Assembly (NCBI RefSeq): GCF_018350175.1
Contig: NC_058368.1
Coordinates: 92,568,001-92,632,000, forward strand
Origin: Felis catus
Taxonomy: Eukaryota
DNA: 64,000 nt
Direction of reading: 5' to 3'
The notes beneath the pieces were generated by a model. That model did not search any database. It saw nothing but the letters and a program-made list of their open reading frames with translations, and was not told the DNA's origin. The position numbers were made by a program, and so were the translations under genes. Within the stretch, counting starts at the first letter, position 1. Each line of letters starts with the position of its first letter. Below, piece after piece: positions 24,937 through 38,176 of this stretch.

Positions 24937-25629
24937 TCGACAGACCATATTTAATGTTGTTTTCAGAGGCCGAGTCCCTGGACGAGGGAAGCTGTTGGTA
25001 GAGGAGGGAAATCGTATCTCCTTACTTTCTTTCAGACAGAGGGCAGATCAGAATAGCTTTTTTGGGGGGGTGAATGGGGGTCACCTCACCCCATCACTTT
25101 TGCTGGGTAATGGAGCTTCCTCTTAGCTTCTGCGGTGGTTTTTGTGGCACTCTGAGTTTTTATCTTTCGGGTGTCTTCACTGTGGGAAATTTTGAGTGTG
25201 TATCAATGCGGTGAATACAAGGCCATTTTCAACTGTACTGGTCTTTGAAAATACAGAACATGTGAGAAATTTGGACATAGAGAGTAGCAATCATCCTTTC
25301 TTGGTCTCATGAAATCCCTAAAACTTCCTAGCCATCTGGATAGACTTTTCTTTGATTGAGTTGCTGCCTTTAGGTGAAGGAGGAATTCTATAGGTAGTGT
25401 GCAGTTTTATTTAGAACTGCTTCATATGTGAATCTAGAGGCCTTATTTATTACTGTGTGTATGAACATTTCAAGTAAATTAGCTTTAATAATAAATTATT
25501 GCTGCCCAAATGAATCAATAAAGAGAGGTATGAGTAATAACTATGAAATTCCTTGCTTGGCTGTTTTGTAATAGTGAGATGGAACTCTACGGTGAGCTTC
25601 TCTGGGCTGTAGCTGATGGAAGAAGATCC

Positions 25630-25747
25630 TGTTTTTTCTTTTAAGTTTATGTATGTAAGCAATCTCTCCACCCAATCTGGGGCTCGAACTCACGACCCTG
25701 AGATCAAGAGCTACATGCTCTACCTACTGAACTGGCCAGGTGCCCCC
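25630..25747 (-). mobile_element. Short tRNA-Lys-like carnivore SINE (no CT tract)
   Basis: tRNA-Lys(CTT)-like body, agagatt linker, A-tail; TSD agatcct. Confidence 0.85.
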
Positions 25748-25872
25748 AGATCCTATTAATTAATCATGGACCTCCTGACTTTTCAGTGACCCCACTGCTA
25801 ATCTAATCTAAGTATAATACACTGAGTCCAGAGATACTAGCTTGGCTCCCTGGAGAACACACAGAAAGAGAT

Positions 25873-26097
25873 TCTTTGTTTGTTTGCTTCTTTATTTATG
25901 TTTGAGAGAAAAAGAGAGAAAAAGAGTGTGTGTGCACAAGCAAGGGAGAGGCAGAGAGGGAGAGACAGAATCCCAAGCAGACTCCACGCTCTCAGGGCAG
26001 AGCCTGATGCGGGGCTCAATCCCACCAACCAGGAGATCGTGACCTGAGCCAAAATCAAGAGTCATACATTCTACCAACTAAGCTACCCATGCGTCCC
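25873..26097 (-). mobile_element. Can-SINE
   Basis: Full antisense SINE. Confidence 0.93.
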
Positions 26098-26147
26098 AAG
26101 AGGTTAATTCTGCTTAATGGCTCCTCTTTTCAAGAAACATGTAGCTA

Positions 26148-26205
26148 TCATGCTCTGTTTCTCTCTCCTTCAAAAATAAATAAACATTAAAAGTTTTTTT
26201 TTAAA
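26148..26205 (+). mobile_element. Extremely 5'-truncated Can-SINE (tail only)
   Basis: tcatgctctgtttctctc..caaaaataaataaacatt; TSD aagaaacat(gt/ac)agcta. Confidence 0.85.
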
Positions 26206-26574
26206 AAGAAACATACAGCTAAATTGTGGCAATATTTCTTCCTTTGATAGCTAATTTATCTTTTAGTTTCTCTGATACTGAAAGTGCAAATTTTATTTCT
26301 CCTCTTCGTGCATAAGCTTGCACCCATTCTTTCTTTTTGCCTGTATTACATGTGGCAAATTCCCTCATTTGTCTTAGTTTGTGTATAAGCTCTTCTTTGA
26401 CATTACTCTTTTACAGAATTGCTATGCAATTCCCTGTTTTGACTCTCTCGATCTCCCTTACAGTGTTCTATTTTTATTCCTTGGTACTTGGTGCCTTCTA
26501 TCAAATCATACTCATAATTTATGTATTTATAGTGTTCTTTGTTATTTTATGTCCCCTCTCCCCCTACTAACCTT

Positions 26575-26702
26575 GCTAAGATATAAGCTACATAAGGGCA
26601 GTCTTCTTTATTTTCTTCGTGGATAGATTTCAAGTGTCGACAACAGTGCCTGGCACATAGTTGATGCTCTACAAATGGTTTTTGAAAGTGTGAATGAATG
26701 AT
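26575..26702 (+). mobile_element. L2 3' end
   Basis: acagtgcctggcacatagttgatgctc...gaatgaatga. Confidence 0.8.
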
Positions 26703-26951
26703 ATTTCCCTTTTTATTTCTATGCTCTTTTCTCAGTCTGTACTTTAAAGACGTGTCTCCCCTGGAATTTTGGTTATTGCTTCTTTTTCCCCATCTGTAAT
26801 GTTCAACTGTTGGGATTTCTTCGTCTTTGGATACTAAAAACATGCTCGAGTATCTCTCCTTCCAAAAACAAATGTATATTGAGCCTGCCTCTATATTGAA
26901 CGTCCTCTCTCTACTTCCTGACATCATAAAGCTTCTGGAAAGGGTGCACCT

Positions 26952-27155
26952 GTTTTTGTTTTTTAAATGTTTATTTATTTTTGAGAGACAGAAAGTCAGA
27001 GCATGAGTGGGGGAGGGGCAGAGAGAGAAGGAGACACAGTATCTGAAGCAGGCTCCAGGCTCTGAGCTATCAGCACAGAGCCTGATCGCGGGGATCGAAC
27101 TCACGAATCATGAGATCATAACCTGAGCGAAGTCGGACACTTAACTGACTGAATC
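26952..27155 (-). mobile_element. Can-SINE (head truncated)
   Basis: TSD agggtgcacct. Confidence 0.93.
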
Positions 27156-27341
27156 AGGGTGCACCTTTTTTATCTCATTCCCCCATTCAGTACTCTACCA
27201 TCTGAGTTCTCTTTGGGCCACAGAACTGAAATATCTCCTGCAAACTATCATTTGTTGTCTCTTAAGCCTCCTTTCATTTTGTCTCTTTGGGGGGCTCTAG
27301 TGGTGATAGCTATTCCCTCCATCTTGAAGGTTTGTCCCCAC

Positions 27342-27345
<4 letters not shown>

Positions 27346-27421
<76 letters not shown>

Positions 27422-27593
27422 GGAGAGAGAGCACAAGAAGAGGAGAGGGGCAGAGAGAGAGGGAGAGAATCCTAAGCAAGCTCCATGCTCAGCATGGAGC
27501 CTAATGTGGGGCTTGTTCCCATGACCCTGGGATCAGGACCTGAGCGGAAATCAAGAGTTGGATGCTCAACCAACGGAGCCACCCAGGCGCCCC
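27346..27593 (-). mobile_element. Can-SINE with long poly-T and (TA)n tail
   Basis: (TA)n at 27346-27390, T-run to 27420; TSD tcccca(c/t)t(a/g)att. Confidence 0.93.
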
Positions 27594-28039
27594 TTCCCCA
27601 TTGATTTCTGATACTGTTTCGGTTTTCTTCCTGCTCATGGAGTACACTCTTTCTATCTCAGCTGTGTCAACTTCTCTACCTGCCCCTTGAGGTGTTATGT
27701 TCTTCAGAATTTAGGACCACCCTTTCTTCTTTCTTTGCACACTCTAGCCATTTCATCCACCCCTGGTGTTAGTTACTACAAATAACCCAGCTTCACACTT
27801 GTTTTGCCAAGTTACTATTGAGTATTTCCAATAGTTAAAGGCTCAAAAGCACTTTAACACAACAGACTTAAAATGGACCTCATTAATTTTCCAATCCCTA
27901 TGCTCCCCAAACCTCATCTTTCTGTTTTCAGGTGCTTAACTAATGGCAGTCTCGTCCACATAGTTTCCCCAGGTAGAAGCATCAGGGCCATTAGTGAATC
28001 CCCCCTTATACCTAAATGACTCATTCAGTTGTTGACATT

Positions 28040-28248
28040 TCTTTTTTTTAATGTTTATTTATTTATTTAGAGAGAGCGAACAGGGGATGGGCAGAGAGAG
28101 AGAAAGAGAGGGAGAGAGAGACTCCCAAGGAGGTTCCACACTCAGCTCAGAGCCTGACTCTGGGCTCAATCTCATGACTCTGAGAGATCAAGACCTGAGC
28201 TAAGGTCAAGAGTTGGATGGTTAACTGACAGAGCTCCCCCAGGCACCA
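28040..28248 (-). mobile_element. Can-SINE without evident TSD
   Basis: Antisense SINE body and head. Confidence 0.9.
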
Positions 28249-28249
28249 C

Positions 28250-29060
28250 AGATTTGGGGTGTATTTTAAAGGTAGCACCAATAGGTTTTGCTGATTAGTT
28301 GGATATTGAAGTGTGAGAAAGAATGAAATGATGATGCTAAGGTGTTGGTTCTCACACTCACAGGAGGGGCAGAGTTGTTATTTACCAAGATGGGCATAAT
28401 CACCAGAGGAACATGCTGGGCAGTAGAGTGGGGATGGAGTTGGAATCAGGAATTCAGTGGATGATATGCAGTCTCAGACATCTATTGGGCATACATGTTG
28501 GAGATGTTGAGCAGGTAATTGACTGTTACAGACTGAAGATAAGAGAAGATTCATGGCTGGAAATACAAATTTATGATTCTTGGTTGTATTGATGATATTT
28601 AAAACTTTAGGATTAGAGGAGATCACTCAGGAAAGGAATGTAGGAAGAGAACAGTTCTGAGGAATCACTCTCAGGGATTCCAATCTCTAGGGATTCAGAA
28701 AGTAAGGAGAATCCATGAAAGGAAGCAGAAAAGGAACATCTTTTCAGGAAAAGGAGACCTAGGATGTGTGGCATCCAGAAGGCAAGAGAATAAGGTATTT
28801 GAAGGAGGAGGCAGTAATCAGATGTGACAAAAGTTATTGGTAGTTCAGATAGGATGGGGACTGTGAATCGATCACTAGACAGCAACTGGAAAGTCATTAG
28901 TTACCTTAGCAAGGGCAATTTTAGTGGAAGATTGGAGAAATAAACCATAATTGGGGTTGGCTGAAGAGAGACTGCATGGAAAGACTATAAACAACCCTTT
29001 CAAGGACATCTTTTGTAAAGAGGATCCAAGAGCTAGAGCAGTAGCTGGAGGGGTACAGGA
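28250..29060 (-). mobile_element. L2 body relic
   Basis: ggagatgttgagcaggtaattgac..., ggattagaggagatcactcagg..., accttagcaagggcaattttagtgga typical of antisense L2. Confidence 0.75.
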
Positions 29061-31424
29061 TTAGAGGAGAGAAGAGATAAGGCAGTCAAGAAAGAGGTCA
29101 ATTGGAGTAACCATGTTCTTGAACTAGCAAATGGAAATGGGATACAGTACCCAAGAGAAGGAGTTGGCCTGAACAGAAGCCCAGAAACTTGGAAGCCTGC
29201 TGCATAAAAAGATACAAAGTTATAGAGGCATCCAGGTCTTGTCATGATGCCCTTTGAAGAATAGGTGAAAAGTTTTGAGTTTATCATAAAGGATATAGGG
29301 AACCATAGTGTATTTAGAGCAAGAGAAAGCTATGATTTGAGAAATGCATGGTTCTGACTATGGACTACTCTCAGGCCCCAAACTATACATGAGTAGCTCA
29401 CACTGTGATTCCCTTCTTCCAAGTGACTCTCCTCCAGATTCAGCCCTTCCTTTACTCATTTTACTGTAGCTAAATCATTTCCAATTGGTTTTGCTTTGTT
29501 TTTGTATTTTATCCCAAGTTGATAGTTGTTATCTGCAAAAATCGGGTCTAGTCTGTTCCACTTGGCCATGTTGGAAGCAAAAGCAAAGTTTCTTATAATC
29601 TTGACAACACATGCCAATCATATGAACTATTCTAACGAAGGCACATTTTCTAGACCCTTTGGCATTTTCTGTGGTCTTCCAGATGCCAGTTGGTGGCCCT
29701 TCCAAGTTAGAGTGCTTTCAGTAGAACATATCATGGCAGTAGCACACTTTTCAACCAGATGACATTATCAGGAATTTTACTGTAGTTTTACGGGTAGACT
29801 GGACATTGAAAGGAAAGACCCAGGTACTGACAATAAACTTGTTTTCCAAGTTGTGTAGTCTAAGGTAGACCTTTGCTCTGATACCTGATTACATTGCTTT
29901 TAAATTCCATAGCACTTGATGTTTCCATGGCTAATTTGACAAGGTCACTTTGTGCACACATGCTACATGACCAGTGATTCCCCACTGAGTATATAACATT
30001 GCTTCAATTCTGTTTCTTGATTTATCTTTGTAATGACTAACAGGTATAAGCCACATATAGAGCCAAATGATCAAAGCATTATCCCTGAAAAAAATCAATT
30101 TATATTTACTCAGCTTGCTCAATCAATGTTAAATTAAACCAAATCATGACATAGAAAATGAAAGCTGGATCATACCAAGCCACAGATTCATTCAAGACAA
30201 AGCTATTTGAATCTATCTTAAATGGGGTGGTAATTTTTTGTTAGGTACTCATGTGATGGCTTGAAAATCATGTTGGCCAATATAAAATTTTCTAAGCTTC
30301 CTGCATGTTCAGTGTAGCATGTGTACAAAGTATCAAGTCTGTGTGGGTTTTGACAACAATAGATTGGGCTTTTTAGAATGTCAGGTGAAAATGGAATGAT
30401 TATTAACTGAGGACTCAAGGGAATGCTAAAAATGATAGGCTCTTTATTAGACAGGACATCAATTGACGATATGGGGAGCTTGAAAGCATTATCATAATAT
30501 ATTAGGAAGCCAGCAGTGTGGCTGAAACACCAGTTTAGACCTCAGCTTCACAGTTCAGGACAAATAGACCCATTATCAGCTGAGTGCTGTAGTGTGCTTG
30601 TCATGGTTCATAACAGAGAACAGAATGGGAAGTGTGTTCTTCTGTAGAAATTGATTCATTAACTCAGTCATGAATTAAAAAAGATGTATGTGTCAGGCAA
30701 TGTGCTGAGATGAGTAAGACATGATTAAGTGACTTAAGATGTAGTTGGAAGTGACAGCATATTACCAAAATGTACCATCTCCGGTAGTAAGTAGGTCCAT
30801 GGCAGAATGCACCAGCTAGGGGGGCTATGAGGGAAGAGGTTAATGTATCTGCTAGAGCTGCAGGGCAGGCAGAGGCTCAGGGAGGTCAGGGGTTAGTTAC
30901 TGTTTATCAGGCATCTGTGGCACGGGAGGGCACTGCAGACACAAAGAGCTTTTGGAGAGACGCCAGGATGGCTTCTCCGAGGACATGTCAGTAGTTGAGG
31001 TGATAGATTTTGGGGGCAGGCAATAAACCTGGAGGCAAGAGTAAAGGTCATATCAGGTGTAATTATTTAGGCAGTAGAGGAGCAGCTTAGACTCAGAAGG
31101 ACACCCCAGGACAGGCACTGCCGTAGGGGGAGAGTAGAGACTTTGGAGTAACTGGTGTCCCGATTCCACTGCCTCCAACCGTGTGTGAACTTTGTCTCCT
31201 TAATTACTGTGTTTAAGCTTAAATTGCACAATTTAGAAGAGAGCTGATGTGGCTCCTGTGTCCTCCACTGTTATCTCATCTAACTCCTACCTTGTTCTCT
31301 GGGCTTTACCCTGGAAGTCTTTTCCGCCTTCCAAGGAGCAAACCTCACTCCTGTCTCCAAGCCTTTGTTCTTGCTGTTCCTCAGCTTAAAGGTTTTTCAT
31401 CCAGCATTTTGGGGTCTGTTTTCT

Positions 31425-31624
31425 TTGTTTTTTTTTTTTAAAGTTTGTTTATTTATTTTGAGAGAGACACAGAGAGATCATGAGCAGGGAAGAGAATCCC
31501 AAGCAGGCTCCATGTTGACAGCGTAAAGCCTGATGTGGTGCTCAAACTCTCAAAACCATGAGATCATGACCTGAGCTCAAATCAAGAGTTGGACGCTTGA
31601 CTGACTGAGCCACCCAGGTGCCCC
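31425..31624 (-). mobile_element. Can-SINE inside a plus-strand L2 relic (~31240-31870)
   Basis: TSD tggggtctg. Confidence 0.93.
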
Positions 31625-32053
31625 TGGGGTCTGGCTTCTAACTCATCATTTACCTTTTGGCTCAAATTTCCTCTCCCCAAAAGGGCCTTTCTTATCTGCC
31701 TTCCCTAAAGTGGTGCCTTCCACCTCTCCTCCCCACTGTCAGTCTCTACCTCATGTCTCAGCTCCTTCTTGCTCTGATCATCATCAGAAATTGTCTTGAT
31801 TTATGATTGACTTGGGTATTTATTTCATGCTACTGGAATATAAGCTTCAGGATACTGTCTGTATCTCCATACACTCATTTTTCTGGAGGTAGTTTCTACA
31901 ACTTTCATTTGAATCTTAAGGTGGCCTGTGTTCCCAATAAAACACAGCAATCACTGATTTAAATCCTGGTAATTCACTCCTTTTGTCCAAATAAATCTCT
32001 AAAGGCTCAAATATTTAGATATTTTAAAAAATGAAACCATGAAGATTCTAGAA

Positions 32054-32248
32054 TTGCATTGCCCAGGGTGGTAGCCACTAGCCACATGTTGCTATTTACA
32101 TTAAAATTCATTAAACTTAAATAAAATGGAAAATTCACTTCCTCACTCAAACTAATGACTCAGCAGCCCCTGGGGCTAGTGGCTACCATGTTGGATTAAG
32201 GCAGGTATAGGATATTTCTGTCCCTGGGAAGTTCTATGAGACAGCCTG
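32054..32248 (-). mobile_element. MER3-like hAT-Charlie MITE
   Basis: Internal inverted repeats ggtagccactagccacatg / ggctagtggctacc. Confidence 0.8.
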
Positions 32249-32583
32249 GGTGGATTTACTTACAGTCTTACAGAAAAAGCTTTTCAAAGCAGTCAAGAAA
32301 CGTAGAAAGGGAAAACTTTGATACATTTAATTATTTGAAAAGTAGAAACTTCTGCATAGCCAATTGTATCATCAAAAACAAAGACAAAATCACAAAGGAG
32401 AAAATACCTGCAACTTTTATGGCTGATTAAAAAGTGAGTTTTCTTAGGTTTATAAAAAATTCACATGATTCAAAAAGTAGAAGAAAAATGACTTGATTGA
32501 AAATGTTAAAGAATATAAAGTCAAATGTTGAAGACTATGGAAGGATGTTTAACCTCATTCATTATTAAAAATTCTTAGGTTCA

Positions 32584-32790
32584 GGAGCACCTGGGTGGCT
32601 CAGTCGATTGAGCAACCAACTCTTGATTTTCGCTCAGATCATGAGCCCCAGGGTCATGGGATTGAGCCCCATGTTGGGCTCTGCACTGACTGTGGAGCCT
32701 GCTTGGGATCCTCTCTCTCCCTTTCTCTCTCTGCTCCTCCCCCTCCTCTCTCTTTCTTTAAAAAACAAAACAAAACAAAAAAACCAACCC
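32584..32790 (+). mobile_element. Can-SINE (older subfamily)
   Basis: Head, CT tract, (AAAAC)n tail. Confidence 0.92.
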
Positions 32791-32967
32791 CCCCAAAGCC
32801 CCCAAAAACCTTCAAACAATAGTGATGTGCTATTTTCAATCTATTAAATTGTCACAAATGGTACTAATGAATATATAGGAAGTTGCCCTGCTGAATGGTA
32901 TGTGTTCCTGGATGAAATGGAGGTTCTAAAGTTAAGAATGAAGAGGAAGGAATTAGAATATATTAAC

Positions 32968-33482
32968 TGTTTTGGTCAGGGGCTCAAGCTGCTATCACAA
33001 ATATACCACGGTGGGAGGTGGGGAGGGGGTTAAATAACAAATACTTATTTCTCGCAGTTCTGGAGGTTGGGGAGTCCAAGATCAAGGTGCCAACAGATCC
33101 AGTGTCTACTTGAGGGCCTGCTTCCTGGCCTGTGGACAGTTGGGCTCCACTCTCATGATCTAAGCACCCACGGAAGTCCCCCACCTCCTAATATAATCAC
33201 ACTGGGGTTTAGAATTTCAACATAGGGGGGCACCTGGGTGGCTCAGTCAGTTAAGCATCCGACTTTAGCCTAGGTCATGATCTCACCATTTTTGAGTTCC
33301 AGCTCCGCGTCCGGCTCTGTGCTGCAGCTCAGAGCCTGGAGTCTGTTTTAGATTCTGTGTCTCCCTCTCTCTCTGCTCCTCCCCCACTCACACTCTGTCT
33401 CTCTCAAAAATTAACATTAAGAAAAAAAAAAGAATTTCAACATAGGAATTTTGAGGGGCTACAAATATTCAGTCCTTAATGC
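32968..33482 (-). mobile_element. MLT1A-like MaLR solo LTR, interrupted by a SINE
   Basis: ttatttctcgcagttctggaggttggggagtccaagatcaaggtgcc...tttcaacataggaattttgagggg. Confidence 0.85.
33227..33430 (+). mobile_element. Can-SINE
   Basis: Perfect TSD agaatttcaacatagg. Confidence 0.95.
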
Positions 33483-33926
33483 CAACATTGTTTGGTATTA
33501 CTTAAAAAAATTTGCCCAACAGGTACCATATTATATACACGATTCTATACCTTATATTTCATTTCATATTAGATTTCTGAGAAGATTCCATATTAACCCA
33601 CCGGTATCTAGTTCATGTTTTATAGCTGTATGGTATTTTGTTGTGCTCATGTGCCTTAACTGATTTAACTCTTAGTTGTAGACATTTGTTTGGTGCTCCA
33701 AGGGTCGCTCATGATTCGTGGTGGTTCCATTCCTACATACCCTTCTCCTGCTCTGACTCCCCTTGCCAGCTCCCCTGACCCTAGCGTTTGTGTTAGGAGT
33801 TGGTTTATGACCCTGCCAATGGGACATGAGAGAAAATTAGCATAAGACTTCTGGAAAATGTTTGCTTCTATGACTAAAATGGATACTAACTGGAAATGGT
33901 CCCTCTACCACTGGATGTGATAACTC

Positions 33927-34104
33927 TATGTATGTATGTGTGTGTGTGTGTGTGTATGTGTGTGTGTGTGTATGTGTGTATGTATGTATGTATTCATGCA
34001 CAGTGTGGGACCCAACACAGAGCTTGAACTCACGGCCCTGAGATTAACACCTGAGCTGAGATCAAGAGTTAGATGCTTAACCAACTGAGCAACCCAAGTG
34101 CCCC
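33927..34104 (-). mobile_element. Can-SINE fragment with (TG/TATG)n tail
   Basis: Head and partial body; microsatellite at 33927-33992. Confidence 0.85.
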
Positions 34105-34110
34105 AATAAC

Positions 34111-34335
34111 TTTTTTTTTTTTAATTTTTTTTCAACGTTTATTTATTTTTGGGACAGAGAGAGACAGAGCATGAACGGGGGAGGGGCAGAGAGAGAGGGA
34201 GACACAGAATCGGAAACAGGCTCCAGGCTCTGAGCCATCAGCCCAGAGCCCGACGCGGGGCTCGAACTCACAGACCGCAAGATCGTAACCTGGCTGAAGT
34301 CGGACGCTTAACCGACTGCGCCACCCAGGCGCCCC
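34111..34335 (-). mobile_element. Very young SINEC_Fc
   Basis: CpGs retained (gactgcgccacccaggcgcccc); TSD ccaataact. Confidence 0.97.
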
Positions 34336-34619
34336 TACCAATAACTCTTTTTCAATATCCATCTTGAGGCCATGATACAAGCCAGCCTAAGGGACCAAGA
34401 TCATGTGCCAATAATGACAGAGGAGAACTATGGAAAATTCCTGAGTCCTTGAGGATGTTGATGAGCACTTAATTGTGCCCAGAGCTAAGTTATTTCCATA
34501 CTCTTGTTAGCTGGGAGTGTAAGATATTTCTATTCCTTTAAGCTGATTGAATTAGAATTTTCTACTTGTGGCCAAAAGAATCCTAATCTATATAGTTGGT
34601 ATATATGTAGCTTTTAAAA

Positions 34620-35244
34620 AAACATTTTATTCTGGAAGCTTCATAGGCTCATAAGAGGTCTCAAAAGTAGTGTAGACTGCATTCCCTTTATCTAACATCC
34701 CTCAGTGGTAACATCTTGTGTACCTGTAGTACACATCAAACCCACAAAATTGACAATAGTACAATATTACAGATCATGTTTAGTTTATGTACATTTCTGT
34801 GTATGTGTGTATTTCTGTGTGTGTGTGTGTGTGTGTGTAATTCTATTGAGCTTTATTCCATATTTATATTTGTGTAGCTACCACCATAATCAAGATATAG
34901 AGTTGATCCATCAGCACAAAGGATCTCCCTCATCCTGTCCCTTTATACCCTGCCCACCCTGACAGCTCTATCTGTTTTTAGCCTCTATAGTTTTGTCGTT
35001 TTGAGGTTGTTATGCAAGTGGAATCATATAGTACAGGTTTTTAAGACTGACTTCTTTATTTGTCTAAGCATAATGTCTTTGAGAATCATTCAGGTTGTTT
35101 CATGTATAAATAGTTTGTTCTTTTTACTGCAAATTATGTTCCATTATATGTTCCACGTATCAGATTTGGTTGAGCCATTCATCCAGGAATGTTTGGTTGT
35201 TCCCAGTTTTTGCTATTATACAGATTCCATGAACATTTACATGT

Positions 35245-35281
<37 letters not shown>

Positions 35282-35520
35282 TAATGTAAGCTTTTATTTT
35301 TCTGGGATAAATCCCCAGGGGTGTGATTTTTGGGTCACTTAATAAGTCCATGTTTAATCGTGTGAAAGAACTGCCAAACCATTTTCCAGAGTGGCTGTAC
35401 CATTTTACATTTTGTCCTGTGACATATGAGAGCTTTGATTTCTCGGCAGTTACCTGCATTTGGAATTACACTCCGTCTGTCTTGTGTAAAGGTGTTCTAG
35501 CAAGTATGCAGTGATATCTC
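34620..35520 (-). mobile_element. Old L1M (L1MB/MC-like) 3' end with two (TG)n microsatellites
   Basis: ctgccaaaccattttccagagtggctgtaccattttacatt; ORF-track remnant NVKWYSHSGK..PLGIYPR. Confidence 0.8.
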
Positions 35521-36469
35521 ATTGAAACATTTTTCATGTTTTCAATGGATGCATAGAAATTATTAACAGGGTTACATCGAGGGAAAACAGTTTGAAAATG
35601 AGAGGGAAGACTAGACATTTTATTTGTGACTTTTCTATTTTGTTGGGATTTTCTTCTGTGCATGTTCACTAGGTCAGCAGGATTGTGGGCCACTGTTTTG
35701 GTTTTGTCTTTATGTTTCTGCTTTAAAATCCATAATAAATGTTTAAAAATTCTTATTGTTATTTCCAGCTGGAAGTGAATGTCTGCATACCTCCTTCAGT
35801 GTTGACACCAGAATTAATGTCAGGGAAAAGCTTCAGGCTCTAATAATGTTGGCTGTCCTGGTTTTACATTTCACTGTCTTAACACTCATTTACCCAAACT
35901 GAATGTAATTATTCCCTGGTGACTACAAATTTGCCAGATTACATCCTGTTCTAGACATGACTCCATTTGTTGCCTTCTGAAGTCACACAAAGCGGAATAT
36001 ATCTTCTTGTTAAATGCCATGCTTAATAGCATTTTGGAAATTAATTGCTTGTTTTTTATGCAACTGAAAGGGAATGCAGACCACATTGTGTCCTGTATTG
36101 CTTTCCTTGAAGTTTGTTTGTTTCCCCCACAATACCTGTCTTCACTCTCGATATGATCATTTTAAGAGCAATGCTCCTACTTCATTGGTTTGAGTAAGGT
36201 CACCTAAAAGTAAATATATAAACACTGGTTTATATGCTATCTGAATAATGAATCTCAGAAAGGCCTGCAAACCCTCTGAATTCATCAGAGACAGAAAAAA
36301 TGCCTAATCGAGCACCACAAAAGGAACAGAAGTGGAATGAAGTAGGACCAGAGCGTATCTGGTGGAAGAGTGCATGATAGCTGGGCAGAATCACTTCGGC
36401 CATCTTGAGAGTTGTCACCTTTTGACTGAATGGGCTGGTTGGGTGGGAGACCATGCTGATTTTTCACAT

Positions 36470-37049
36470 GTGTGTCAGTGTCTTTTGGCCAGGTCCCAGC
36501 AGGAGCACACCTGTAGTAAAAGGAGTTAGGTTCATTGCCCATTGCAACGAGGGAGAACACACACTGTGGGGGACTCTGGGTGTCTTCGTAAAAGGATGTT
36601 AACATCTACTATAGGAGTTGAGTTTTTACTGGGTAATTTGGCAGAAGGACTAAAGAAGCTGGGCTTTTATCTAAACTGTCCGTCAGAAAGCAGGAGCAAT
36701 TCTATAGTTGGATATCGAAATCTTACCTATAGAGAAATTGGGTATCGAAATCTTACCTATAGACTAGGATGAGCATAGAGCTCTAACAGGTAAAGAAATA
36801 GCCATCCCTCATCCTAGCCAAGAGTGAGGGTGCCTGTGGGTAGCCCTGTGACCTTAGTTTTGTCTCTGCTTAGGAAAAATTAGGTAGTGGTCTAGTTTTG
36901 TCTCATTTAATCCATAGTCTCAGAGTAAGCTTGTCTGAGGTTGGCATGCCGTGAGCTCGTTAATGTTCCCTAAAAGGATCACATGGCATAGCTGTGGGTG
37001 CCAGACCAGCTTCTGAATGTCAGTGGCAGCTCCTATGTTTTCTTTCTCA
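36470..37049 (-). mobile_element. Probable ERVL-class solo LTR
   Basis: Minus strand begins TGAGAAAGAAAACATAGGAGCTGCCACTGACATTCAGAAGCTGGTCTGGCACCCACAGCT, resembling old ERVL LTR 5' ends; family and left boundary not resolved. Confidence 0.5.
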
Positions 37050-37921
37050 AAGGTTGAAGCAACCATACAGTAGTTTGCTCTATGGACCATAGCTTGGTGC
37101 ACTCAATACTCATGTGGCTTTTAAATATATTTCATTTATATGCCATAGCTTTTTGACCTGGTGTGCAAATATGTTGTCATTATTCCAAGGTTAAATGCAA
37201 ACATAAAATGCACGACTTTCCCATCATCCTGGAAGTCAGTCTCCAGAGCCTGTCTGATCCAGCCTTCTGCCTCCGGGCTAAGCTGCCCATAATGACTATG
37301 AAAAATTGAAGTCTTTTCTGCTTTTAATGATCTAACTGAAAGGGAGAAAATTCCACTGCTGCCCTCAGAAGTCCATAGCCTTCACTCTGACCCTTTGAAA
37401 ATGTTTTTCTATTCCATCCTCCATGGAGATGCTCTCTCTCCTGTGTAATTGAATTCATTTCCTGGAGCAGGCATTAGGGCTAAGGACTCAAAACCAGGAA
37501 GGCTTTGCCTTGAATCTGGACAGCTGGTCTGTTTTATTTTGTATATGTTGTGTGTAACAGAGAGGAGAAAATTGATATAAAATTCATCTTTTCACCTCCC
37601 TCGAAGAAGTGGAATATTTGGCCACACTAGCCAACAGTCTGGTTGGAGCTAACAAGTGTTCTTTTAGGTTATCTGGAGATTGCCCTAGTTCCCACCCCTA
37701 CCCCCAGCCTATGCCACTCATACGCGTTTCCTGCCCAAGTGTCATAACCTTGAGTTTTTAGTCCTGGCATAGACTCCTTTTCTCTGATGCTTATACGTAT
37801 TTCTCAAAACAGGCTATGGATTATCAGGTGGTCTATGGGGAATATTCAGTGTTACTCAGTAAACATAATAGACCTTGCTAGAGTGTTCATTGTGCTTTAG
37901 GATTTAGAAAACATCTTATTA

Positions 37922-37955
37922 TTAAAAAAATTTTTTTTGATGTTTATTTGTTTTT

Positions 37956-38014
<59 letters not shown>

Positions 38015-38176
38015 AGTGGGGAAGGGGCAGAGAGAGAAGGAGACACAGAATCTGAAGCAGGCTCCAGGCTCTGAGCTGTCAGCACAGAGCCTGATGTGGG
38101 GCTTGAATCCACAAACCATGAGATCATGACCTGAGTCGAAGTCAGACGCTTAACTGACTGAGCCACCCAGGCACCC
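37922..38176 (-). mobile_element. Can-SINE with long (GA)n
   Basis: TSD gaaaacat(c/a)ttatt. Confidence 0.95.

Larger units (their letters stand above)
33690..34592 (+). mobile_element. Old MLT1J/K-like LTR, interrupted by two SINEs
   Basis: gccaatgggacatgag...gacttctggaaa; ccatcttgaggccatga...cctgagtccttgaggatg; acttgtggccaaaagaatcctaat. Confidence 0.6.

Noticed and set aside
36230..36454. 74-aa minus ORF with an AAGATGGCCG (YY1/Kozak-like) motif
   Set aside because: No protein similarity recognised and no poly(A)/TSD; a single motif is insufficient.
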